A stretch of 64,000 bases of DNA from Methanocaldococcus sp. 16A (GTDB lineage Archaea; AGJL01; Methanococci; Methanococcales; Methanocaldococcaceae), in NCBI GenBank assembly GCA_049860595.1, contig CP187551.1; one strand, written 5' to 3'. Below are positions 55,865 to 64,000 of this stretch, piece by piece. The notes beneath the pieces were generated by a model. That model saw nothing but the letters and a program-made list of their open reading frames with translations. It searched no databases and was not told the origin of the DNA. The stretch's first letter is position 1. Each line of letters begins with the position of its first letter. The translations under genes and the position numbers were made by a program.

Positions 55865-57133
55865 TTAAAGCACTTTACCAATCGCTTCATGCATAACTCC
55901 ATTAACTACTGTATATATTGGAAATCCTTTAGTCTTCCAATTATCAAAAGGACTAAATTTTGCTTTTGATTTAAATAAATCAGCATCAATTTTTCCTTCC
56001 TTTTTTAGATCAATAATAGTTAGATTTGCCAAATTACCTTCTTCAATTTTGTTGTTTATATCAAATATTTTTGCTGGATTTTTTGATAACATATTAATAG
56101 CATCAAATAAAGTTATCAATCCTTTATTAACTAAATTTAAGGTTAAAGGGACTATTGTTTCAATTCCAGGAATCCCTGAAGGGCAGTTTTTTACATCTTT
56201 AAGTTTTTCTTCCAATAGATGAGGAGCATGGTCAGAGGCGATGATATCAACATCTTTGTTTATAATTCCTTTAATTAATGCAATGTTGTCTTCTTTTTCT
56301 CTTAAAGGTGGATTGAATTTTCCAAAACCTTTTAATTCTTCAGCTATTTCTTTATTTAGATAAATGTGGTGAGGAGTAACTTCAACAGTAATTTTTACAT
56401 TCTTTAATTCATATTTTGCTTTTTTTATTAAATTTAATGCTTCTTTAGTTGAAATATGGCAAAAGTGGATGTGTGGTTTTTTATCATTCAATTTATCAAT
56501 AATTTTTAAGTTTTTTATAATTTCTTTAACTGCTTCAACCTCTGATTTCTTATCTCTAATTTTACAGTGGTCTATCCAACTATCTAAGGAATATTTTCTT
56601 AAATTTTCTTCTATTATCCCTTTATGTTCTGCATGGATACAAAAAATTTTATTTTGGTTTAATATATCCTTTAATTTATTATAATCCTCTATAAACAAAT
56701 CTCCTACTGATTTAACCATAAATATTTTGTATGCTTTTGCTTCCTTTATATATTCAGTGTAATTTTTCTCTGTAATTCCAAAATTAAGGAATATATTTAT
56801 CTTACTGCTTCTTTTACAATCTTCTAATTTTTTATAAAAAAGCTCTTTTGTTGTTATTGGAGGTTTGTTATTTGGCATATCTATGGCAAAACATACCCCT
56901 CCATTTATCCCAGCTAAACTTCCACTTAGAAAGTCCTCTTTTTTTTCTTCTCCCCATCTAAAATGAACATGGGCATCTATAACTCCAGGAATAACAAGAG
57001 AGTTTTTTATATCTATTATTTCGTCATCTACTTTAATATCCTTACTAATTTTTTTTATACTGTTTTCTTCAATTAAAATATCTCCTTCAATGATTTTGTT
57101 GTCTTTTACTATTTTACAATTTTTTAAAATCAT
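55865..57133 (-). CDS. pyrC: Dihydroorotase
   Basis: DAHVHFR, DMPN, NPPLR and SDHAPH motifs. Confidence 0.93.
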   Translation of the reverse strand: MILKNCKIVKDNKIIEGDILIEENSIKKISKDIKVDDEIIDIKNSLVIPGVIDAHVHFRWGEEKKEDFLSGSLAGINGGVCFAIDMPNNKPPITTKELFYKKLEDCKRSSKINIFLNFGITEKNYTEYIKEAKAYKIFMVKSVGDLFIEDYNKLKDILNQNKIFCIHAEHKGIIEENLRKYSLDSWIDHCKIRDKKSEVEAVKEIIKNLKIIDKLNDKKPHIHFCHISTKEALNLIKKAKYELKNVKITVEVTPHHIYLNKEIAEELKGFGKFNPPLREKEDNIALIKGIINKDVDIIASDHAPHLLEEKLKDVKNCPSGIPGIETIVPLTLNLVNKGLITLFDAINMLSKNPAKIFDINNKIEEGNLANLTIIDLKKEGKIDADLFKSKAKFSPFDNWKTKGFPIYTVVNGVMHEAIGKVL

Positions 57134-57145
57134 AGTAGCACCACA

Positions 57146-59167
57146 TTATAACAGTCTATACCTCCCTGGTTTTGGTTCATCAATATCTCCATACTTTATC
57201 AACTTCTTAATAATATTTTCCAACTCTTCCTCTTTAATACCTTTCTTTTTAGCTTCTTCGACAATATCCTCATGCTCAACAAGCTCAGATTTTTCAGACA
57301 ATTCTTTAATTATCTCATAAACAGTTGTTAATTTGTCTCTCTCCTTCTTAGATACTCCTAAAATTTTGTCTACATCAAATATTCCAGTTTCTGGGTCATA
57401 GGCAATTTCTTTTAAGCATTCAGTGATTATATTTATTGCTTCTTTAGCATCTTCCTCATCAACGATATCCTTTAACTTTGCCTTTGCATGTGCTTCAGCT
57501 ATTCTTATCGCTGCCTCTAACTGCCTTGCAGTTATTTGATGCTTTTTTCTCATCTCCACATAATAATTGACGAACAATTCTTTAGCTTTTTCACTAATAA
57601 CTGGTTTTTTCTGTCTTGCGTAGTAGATGTATTTTATTATAAACTCTTTGTCAATCTTAACTCCATCAACTTCAAAGTAATCTAAGCCAATCTTTTTATT
57701 TATCTCCTCATCCAAATAAGCCCTATGCAAATCCACAATGTATTCAGCTATATCTTTATCCTTATTCTTATCAGAAACATCTCTAATTGGGAATATCAAA
57801 TCAAACCTACTTAATAAAGGGGCTGGAATGTTTATCTGTTCAGCTACAGAAACATCTGGGTTAAATCTTCCCCATCTTGGATTGCATGCTGCAAGGATGG
57901 CACATTCAGCTGGCAATTTAGCATTAATCCCTCCTTTACTAATATGAATTGTTTGGCTCTCCATAGCTTCCAAAACATAGCTTTGCAGTTCTTTATTAAC
58001 AGTTAGCTCATCAATACATGCAGTACCTTTGTGAGCTTTAACCAACAAACCTGGTTTAATAACCCATGTATCTTCACCAATCTCTGTTTTTTCTCTAACA
58101 ACTGCAGCAGTTAAACCTACTCCAGTGGCAGTAGTAACAGAACCGTATAAATTACCTGGAATTTCTGCAATTTTTCTTAAAATAACAGTCTTCCCAATCC
58201 CAGGGTCTGTGATTAATAATATATGAATATCAGCCCTTTTTCCTGGTTTTTTAACACCTTTTATCTGTTGTAAGAAAACAGCTTTTTTTATTGCTGAATG
58301 TCCTTTAATTTCTGGAATTAATCTATCTGCCAATAAATCAACAACATCTTTTCTCTTAGCTATTTTTTTAATCTTTTCAATATCAGAATTCGTTAAATCA
58401 ATTTTCACTTCTCCATCCAAAACTTCACAGTTTATTGCCTTAACATAAATATCATAAATTGGCAGTTTTTTGCTCTTTTTAACTCTTATTGGAATTCCAG
58501 TTATCTTTACCCTTCCAGCATATATTCCAGGGCTATTTTCTAAGAATGTTGTAATATACTTTGGAGGGTCGTCAGGATTTTCCATTAAATCTGGTGGTTG
58601 CTGAACTTTAATCTCTTGAAAATCTGTATAACTGCATTTGTCATCAATTAAATTTAATTCAGCTCCACATTCACATAAGGCTTTTTCAGGATTTGTTATA
58701 AATATATCAATTTCTTTAACTACTTCTCTTCCACATTTTGGACAAATATAATAAGCTTTTTTTAACATTGGCTTTATTTTTGATGCCTTAGCAATAATTC
58801 CCTCAAACTCTATCAATCTTCCTAAAGTATCACTTTTAATGTCTTCTATTGTAAAAACTTTCCCTTTTTTTGTAGTTTTAAAGATTTCTGGAAGGTTTTT
58901 TACAGCAATTATTATATTTGACGGATATTCATTCCTCAATGTATAGTATGCTTCATTATAACATTCTTTTATAAAATCAATCCCCTTCTGCGGATTATTT
59001 ATCAAAAATTCTACAAATTCCATTAGTCCAGAGTTGTAAAGCTGATTTAAATCAATTACAATCCTTTCATTATCTAATATAATATCTTCTTGATGAATAT
59101 TTCTTAGATAGGCAGTTAAATAATCTCTAACTTCTTCTAAAATTAAGTCTTCATCCCTCAATTCCAT
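57146..59167 (-). CDS. mcm: MCM replicative helicase paralog
   Basis: Zinc finger CPKC..CEC, DPGIGKT, CIDE, LSRFD, TARQLE and C-terminal wHTH. Confidence 0.95.
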   Translation of the reverse strand: MELRDEDLILEEVRDYLTAYLRNIHQEDIILDNERIVIDLNQLYNSGLMEFVEFLINNPQKGIDFIKECYNEAYYTLRNEYPSNIIIAVKNLPEIFKTTKKGKVFTIEDIKSDTLGRLIEFEGIIAKASKIKPMLKKAYYICPKCGREVVKEIDIFITNPEKALCECGAELNLIDDKCSYTDFQEIKVQQPPDLMENPDDPPKYITTFLENSPGIYAGRVKITGIPIRVKKSKKLPIYDIYVKAINCEVLDGEVKIDLTNSDIEKIKKIAKRKDVVDLLADRLIPEIKGHSAIKKAVFLQQIKGVKKPGKRADIHILLITDPGIGKTVILRKIAEIPGNLYGSVTTATGVGLTAAVVREKTEIGEDTWVIKPGLLVKAHKGTACIDELTVNKELQSYVLEAMESQTIHISKGGINAKLPAECAILAACNPRWGRFNPDVSVAEQINIPAPLLSRFDLIFPIRDVSDKNKDKDIAEYIVDLHRAYLDEEINKKIGLDYFEVDGVKIDKEFIIKYIYYARQKKPVISEKAKELFVNYYVEMRKKHQITARQLEAAIRIAEAHAKAKLKDIVDEEDAKEAINIITECLKEIAYDPETGIFDVDKILGVSKKERDKLTTVYEIIKELSEKSELVEHEDIVEEAKKKGIKEEELENIIKKLIKYGDIDEPKPGRYRLL

Positions 59168-59285
59168 ATTGACATCCCCATACAATGAAATCGTGTTTTA
59201 GAGAAATTTTAAAGAAAAATGGATAATTTTGCTTTTTTAATTATATTATTTTAGTGGTTGTTCTATTTATCCATTTGATATATTT

Positions 59286-59364
59286 AATAGGACTTTTGTA
59301 CTTTATATTATTTAATTTGGCATCAAAAATGTCTTTAAAAATTTATTCATGCGGAAGTCCTATT
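59286..59364. repeat. MJRE-like palindromic repeat, internally deleted copy 4
   Basis: aataggacttttgta...tgcggaagtcctatt termini; overlaps the last codons and stop of the oxidoreductase. Confidence 0.78.
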
Positions 59365-60543
59365 TAAACTATTTATATAATCAACAACCTTTAAAACTCC
59401 CATGGCTATTCCCTCAACCTCTATTCCTCCTCTCCCTTTAGCTCCATCTCCAACTAAATAAAGCTTATCATTAACAATATTGCCAATATCAGTTCCATTA
59501 GATGCATGATTTACAGGCCAATCATCCCTATATGACTGAATATGTAATATTTTGTAATCTTTTCCTTTAAAGAGATTTTCAATATCCTCTAATCCCAAAT
59601 CAATTTCCTTTTTTACATTGTTGGTTAGTTGTGTTTGATGAGTCATAACTAAATGCCATCCTTCAGGGGCTAAGGATTTATCTACATTTGTTACTTGATT
59701 TAAACCATTTATTCTTTCACATTCTGGAGTAAAGAGAACTCCTCCATGCTTTATAATTCCTTCCTTTGTAGCTATGCTTATTTTTATTCCTTTAGAAGGT
59801 TTTGGTTTTGATTTTAAAAATTTTATGTTGCATATCTTTTGTGTTTCAATTGGAGATATATTGCTTACAACTACATCAAATTCATAATCATCAATATATG
59901 CTTTTTCACCAATCTCAATGCTTTTAACTTCATATTCTTTAATAATTCTTCCATTGTTCTTTTCAATAATTTTTGAAAGTTCGTCAATAATAGCTTTACA
60001 ACCACCTATAGGAATTCCTGGCCCTCCAAATTTGTGATAGTTTTTAGCTATCTCTATGATTTCACTCATTGGTGTTTCATAAGCTGTTAGACTCAAAGCC
60101 CATCCAGTAAATGCATTTCCTACTTTTAGAGCTAAATCAATATCCTCTAAAAACTCTCCAAATGAAATATTTTCATCAACTTTTTCCAACTTTAATTTAG
60201 CTGCCATAGTAAGTGCTTTTGCTTTCTCTTTGAATCCTAAGAGTGAAAATAGCTCTCTATATAGATACTCTTTTCCATTAACTAAAAATGTCCCATCTGG
60301 TTCTGAATTTACAATCCTTACTTTAGCTCCTGCTTTTTTTAATAACTGAGCTAAATAACCATCATTTCCGTGTGGTATCATATGTAAAGCTCCCGTTGTT
60401 AGTTGAAATCCTTCATACTCTAAGTTTGTAAATCTTCCTCCTAAAAATGGAAGTTTTTCAAAGATAACTACTTCATGATTCTTAGATAACAAAGCTCCAG
60501 TTAATAGACCACCTAATCCAGCTCCAACAATACCAATTTTCAT
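59347..60543 (-). CDS. Phytoene-desaturase-like FAD-dependent oxidoreductase
   Basis: GAGLGG, GGRF, TTGALHM and VGDG motifs. Confidence 0.85.
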   Translation of the reverse strand: MKIGIVGAGLGGLLTGALLSKNHEVVIFEKLPFLGGRFTNLEYEGFQLTTGALHMIPHGNDGYLAQLLKKAGAKVRIVNSEPDGTFLVNGKEYLYRELFSLLGFKEKAKALTMAAKLKLEKVDENISFGEFLEDIDLALKVGNAFTGWALSLTAYETPMSEIIEIAKNYHKFGGPGIPIGGCKAIIDELSKIIEKNNGRIIKEYEVKSIEIGEKAYIDDYEFDVVVSNISPIETQKICNIKFLKSKPKPSKGIKISIATKEGIIKHGGVLFTPECERINGLNQVTNVDKSLAPEGWHLVMTHQTQLTNNVKKEIDLGLEDIENLFKGKDYKILHIQSYRDDWPVNHASNGTDIGNIVNDKLYLVGDGAKGRGGIEVEGIAMGVLKVVDYINSLNRTSA

Positions 60544-60573
60544 AATATCAACCATTTTCATTTATAATTTATT

Positions 60574-61854
60574 TTATAATTCTCCTGTTTGCAGATATTT
60601 TGATATTTTCTCAGCTAATATTTGCTGGTTATGCCATGTTCCATAAAATATTCCTTTAGGAATCTCATGTCTCATAGCTCTTATTATTTTTTTATCAACT
60701 ACTCCCGGATTTGCCTTTGCAAATGGAGTTTGAGGTAGTGGCATAAAGGTGTGTGCATGTATTTTAGCACCCATTTTTATTAAATCTTTCATAACTTTTA
60801 TCGTCTTTTCTATATCTTCTTCAGTTTCTCCTGGAAGCCCAAAAATAAAATCTAAGCTAACACTAATACCTTTTTTTATTGCAGTAGTTACTGCGTTATA
60901 TATATCTTCAACTGTATGCCCTCTGTGGCATAAATCCAATATTCTTTGACTTCCTGATTGTGCTCCAACAACTAAGCTTTTATTGTCAGCATATTTTAAA
61001 ATTAAATCTATTGTCTCATCATTAACATGTTCCGGTCTAACTTCTGAAGGGAATGTTCCAAAGAATATTCTTCCATTTTTACCTAAAATTTCTCTAATAT
61101 TTTCCAACAACTTTTCAATCTTATCAATATTTAATGTTTTTCCATCCTTAGAGCCATAGCCAAAAGCATTTGGAGTTATAAACCTAATGTCTTTCAAATT
61201 CCTTTCAGCCATTATTTCCACGTATTTGCAGATATTTTCAACACTTCTATGTCTAACATTCTTTCCAAAGATTCTTGGTGTTTGACAGAAATAGCATCCA
61301 TAAGGGCAACCTCTTGTTATCTCTATATGTCCAAATTTATTATGTTTTACAGGAAATGGTGGATATTTATTTAAATCAATAGGTTTTCTTTTTCCAGTGT
61401 AAATAAATTTATCATCATCTAAGTATGCTATCCCTTTAACTTTTTTATAATCTTCATTTTCATTAATTGCTTTAATAAATTCTGGAAAAGTCTCTTCTCC
61501 CTCTCCAATGCAAATTATATCAAATCCTAACTTTAGTGTTCCTTTTGGGTCGCCTGTTGGATGAGGACCTCCAGCTAAATAAATAATTTTGTCTCTATAA
61601 TTTTGATATTTAGCTTTTAGTTCATTAATTAATTCATAAGTTTTCCAGAGTTCAGTTGTAAAGAAAGATATAGCAATAACAATTTTATCGTGCTTTTTTA
61701 AAACTCTCTCTAAATTAAAAATGTCTTTTTTATTGGCAAAATATATTGGGTAGTTATCAAAATATTCATCAACTTCTAAAGCTCCAATCAATGCGTTAAA
61801 ACTATTTTTATGTAGTTTTGTATAATAAACCACCAAAGCTGTGTTTTCTTCCAT
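60574..61854 (-). CDS. B12-binding-domain radical SAM protein (TIGR04013-like)
   Basis: [19 protein letters not shown] and [10 protein letters not shown] motifs. Confidence 0.88.
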   Translation of the reverse strand: MEENTALVVYYTKLHKNSFNALIGALEVDEYFDNYPIYFANKKDIFNLERVLKKHDKIVIAISFFTTELWKTYELINELKAKYQNYRDKIIYLAGGPHPTGDPKGTLKLGFDIICIGEGEETFPEFIKAINENEDYKKVKGIAYLDDDKFIYTGKRKPIDLNKYPPFPVKHNKFGHIEITRGCPYGCYFCQTPRIFGKNVRHRSVENICKYVEIMAERNLKDIRFITPNAFGYGSKDGKTLNIDKIEKLLENIREILGKNGRIFFGTFPSEVRPEHVNDETIDLILKYADNKSLVVGAQSGSQRILDLCHRGHTVEDIYNAVTTAIKKGISVSLDFIFGLPGETEEDIEKTIKVMKDLIKMGAKIHAHTFMPLPQTPFAKANPGVVDKKIIRAMRHEIPKGIFYGTWHNQQILAEKISKYLQTGEL

Positions 61855-61976
61855 ATCACTCCCTAGAAACATTTAATTTCTCATAAGTGGTTTAATGTCG
61901 TATATAATAACTGTGGTAATATTATAAGTAAGTATAGCGAAATATTTTCAGGATACAACAACACACTATATTGAAA

Positions 61977-61991
61977 CGAAAACTATATATA
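61977..61991 (+). promoter_or_regulatory. BRE/TATA promoter of tRNA-Ser
   Basis: cgaaaa-ctatatata about 33 nt upstream of the tRNA. Confidence 0.7.
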
Positions 61992-62023
61992 CCCCTTATG
62001 CCCAATTAGTGTTTGCTTTTAGT

Positions 62024-62111
62024 GCGGGGGTGGCCCAGCCTGGTACGGCGCGGGACTGCTAATCCCGTTGGGCATCGCCCAGCCCGGGTTCAAGTCCCGG
62101 CCCCCGCGCCA
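62024..62111 (+). tRNA. tRNA-Ser(GCT), CCA encoded
   Basis: Acceptor GCGGGGG/CCCCCGC, anticodon loop CTGCTAA, long variable arm, TTCAAG T-loop, G73-CCA. Confidence 0.97.
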
Positions 62112-62114
62112 TTC

Positions 62115-62121
62115 TTTTTTG
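62115..62121 (+). terminator. Oligo-T terminator of tRNA-Ser
   Basis: T7 run immediately 3' of the tRNA. Confidence 0.5.
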
Positions 62122-62250
62122 TGTTTATTATTTTCCAAATTTAGACAAATTGTGGATATTTGTACCCAATTTTTACACAGGACTAAATCCCGCATCATTT
62201 TTAAGTCCAATATAGATGTATTATCAACAGGACTATTAACAACCATAAAA

Positions 62251-62500
62251 TTAAAGAATCTTTTTTATCATCCTCAAACGTCTTTCAACCTTCTCTTTTG
62301 AGTGAGAAATAAAACAAAGTAGTATCCAACGACCTATGCCCAAGATACTACTTACTATACCATTATGAATACCCTTTTCTAGCTAATCTACTCACATACT
62401 ATGCCTCAAACTATGCTAAGTAATTTTCTTTCCTTAGGAATCTAATTTTACTCTCTCTTTTAAGTTCTTTATCAATCTTATTAATATTGCAAAATATATC
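62251..62500 (-). pseudogene. Tyrosine recombinase/integrase C-terminal remnant
   Basis: Minus strand, across stops and frameshifts: IPKERKL..HSLRHS..VD.LEKG..IVS.YLGHRSLDTTLFY.SHSKE...MIKKIL*. Confidence 0.8.
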
Positions 62501-62573
62501 AAGAGAAAATCAAGATAAACTGTTAGAAAATAGTAAAAAATTAGGTATCAATTAGCAGCGACATATAAATATT

Positions 62574-64000
62574 CTATTTTGGATCTATACCTATAATGAA
62601 CCCTTCAATTGTTGTAGTATTAGTTGTTATTGATATACTTTTTATTTCATTTTCGTTTATTGTATTAAATTTGAACCAATAGACACTATTATAAGTTCCA
62701 TTTTCATCAAAATCTCCAGAAATGTTTATTACATTTATATTATCTGGTTTATACCAATAAACATAGACATTAGTAGTATTCTCAAAACTTTTAACAGAAA
62801 TAACGTATTCGTTAGGTAATACAGAAATACTTGAAGTTATGTTAATTTTCTTATTGGATATTACAGTTATCGTGACATTCTTATAATCATTAGAATCCCA
62901 ATGGACATAGTCGTTTGTCGCATTTACAGTTATTGTATAACTTCCAGGATTCAAAGGAGCAGATAATGTGAAGTTTAAAGCAACAGTTTGATTTGGTAAT
63001 ATATATGGAACAACTTTATTAGTTTCCCCACTCCAGCCATTTGGAAGCGTTATATTTACAGATACGTTTGACATATCCATAGTTCCTGTATTTTTAACAT
63101 ATACTGTAATATTAAATGTTTCTGATGTATTAACCAAAGATTTGGCAATAATATCAACTATTGATAGATTATATCGTGGACTACCTGAAAGAATTCCTGT
63201 TTTTGTTGTTGTGACTATCTTATAAACATTTCCTCCACTTAGATAATCATCATAATCTTTTATTTCATAAATAACAATTTTCCAGACACCATAATTTTGA
63301 TTAGGATTGCTTACATTGATTGTATAATTATACCAAATTTCATCTCCATATGCTGTGAATTCTTTATATTTTGTTCCATTTGGTAAATATATAGAAACAT
63401 TTATTGCTCCATCTCCATCATATATAGATAGATTAAATGAAGAAAGTCCTTTTGGTGTTGAGATATACCATGTTTTCTTTCCCAAATTAGATGTATCATC
63501 ACCAACAATCATTGTGTCAGGAGTTCCGTAGTATCCATTATTATAGGACTTATTCAATTTTAAAACTGGAGAATTTATAGTTGATAAGGAGTAATAATTA
63601 CCATTACTACTAGGCCAACTATTCTCAAAGATATCTACAATCCACCAACCATATACATTATTTGTATCAATTTGGAAGTAATTTGGAGGTTCTCCATTTT
63701 GTGCATCATTTGGTGCAGTATATGAGTTATATAATGTTCCATTTGGATAAGATACATTGACAATCAATCCATCACCATCATAGATACCAATAGTATAGTT
63801 TGATATTCCATAAGGTATCATTGTATAGTATCTATGTACCATATTAGTTTGATTATCCCTACATATTGTTGCTGATCCTGAATCTGATGATGAAGGTATT
63901 AGTATCTTAAACCACAATCCATTTGATATATTAGTTGCAAGGATTATTTGATTGTCTCCATAACCATCATCATAATCTTGTTCTTGAGTTAGTTCTATTC
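62574..64000 (-). CDS. Large secreted/surface protein with about 120-aa repeats and a CARDB/NEW3-like Ig domain; 5' end lies beyond the window
   Basis: Frame stays open from 63917 to the window end; two IYDGDG repeats; VKNTG..NVSVNITLPNGW Ig motif; many N-x-S/T sequons. Confidence 0.8.
   Translation of the reverse strand, partial: IELTQEQDYDDGYGDNQIILATNISNGLWFKILIPSSSDSGSATICRDNQTNMVHRYYTMIPYGISNYTIGIYDGDGLIVNVSYPNGTLYNSYTAPNDAQNGEPPNYFQIDTNNVYGWWIVDIFENSWPSSNGNYYSLSTINSPVLKLNKSYNNGYYGTPDTMIVGDDTSNLGKKTWYISTPKGLSSFNLSIYDGDGAINVSIYLPNGTKYKEFTAYGDEIWYNYTINVSNPNQNYGVWKIVIYEIKDYDDYLSGGNVYKIVTTTKTGILSGSPRYNLSIVDIIAKSLVNTSETFNITVYVKNTGTMDMSNVSVNITLPNGWSGETNKVVPYILPNQTVALNFTLSAPLNPGSYTITVNATNDYVHWDSNDYKNVTITVISNKKINITSSISVLPNEYVISVKSFENTTNVYVYWYKPDNINVINISGDFDENGTYNSVYWFKFNTINENEIKSISITTNTTTIEGFIIGIDPK

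Noticed and set aside
57146-59167. MCM as cargo of the tRNA-Ser integrated element
   Set aside because: It lies on the 5' side of the tRNA among core genes next to pyrC, outside the inferred element
62019-62301. Two short ORFs (62019-62246 minus, 62068-62301 plus)
   Set aside because: They overlap tRNA-Ser and are artefacts of the GC-rich tRNA sequence

Overview
A 64 kb, very AT-rich chromosomal segment of a hyperthermophilic methanogen, almost certainly Methanocaldococcus (reverse gyrase, methanogenesis markers 4 and 12, F420:NADP reductase, AglB, proteins resembling those I recall from M. jannaschii). Most of it is core housekeeping genes: translation and tRNA processing (rps6e, eIF2-gamma, metG, gltX, truD, trm56, taw3, rnz, rlmE), nucleotide synthesis (pyrH, purL, ndk, prs, split carB, pyrC), DNA transactions (nurA, rgy, hef, mcm), envelope and transport genes, plus tRNA-Val(CAC) and tRNA-Ser(GCT). 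Several elements are missed by the ORF track. (1) A GC-rich RNA of about 120 nt with its own promoter and two kink-turns lies upstream of rps6e and resembles an orphan HgcC/TnpB-associated RNA. (2) An intact IS6 element has perfect 16-bp TIRs and an 8-bp TSD and sits beside a decayed EVE-domain pseudogene. (3) Four MJRE-like palindromic repeats, a half-site and a related mini-palindrome are present; two of these elements supply gene C-termini. (4) A decayed tyrosine-integrase remnant lies just 3' of tRNA-Ser(GCT), followed by a large repeat-containing surface protein that runs off the window, probably the edge of an old integrated element. (5) metG has an in-frame internal SD+ATG, and rgy is an intein-free allele. 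No CRISPR array or rRNA was seen. All annotations come from motif recognition and recall; no searches were run.
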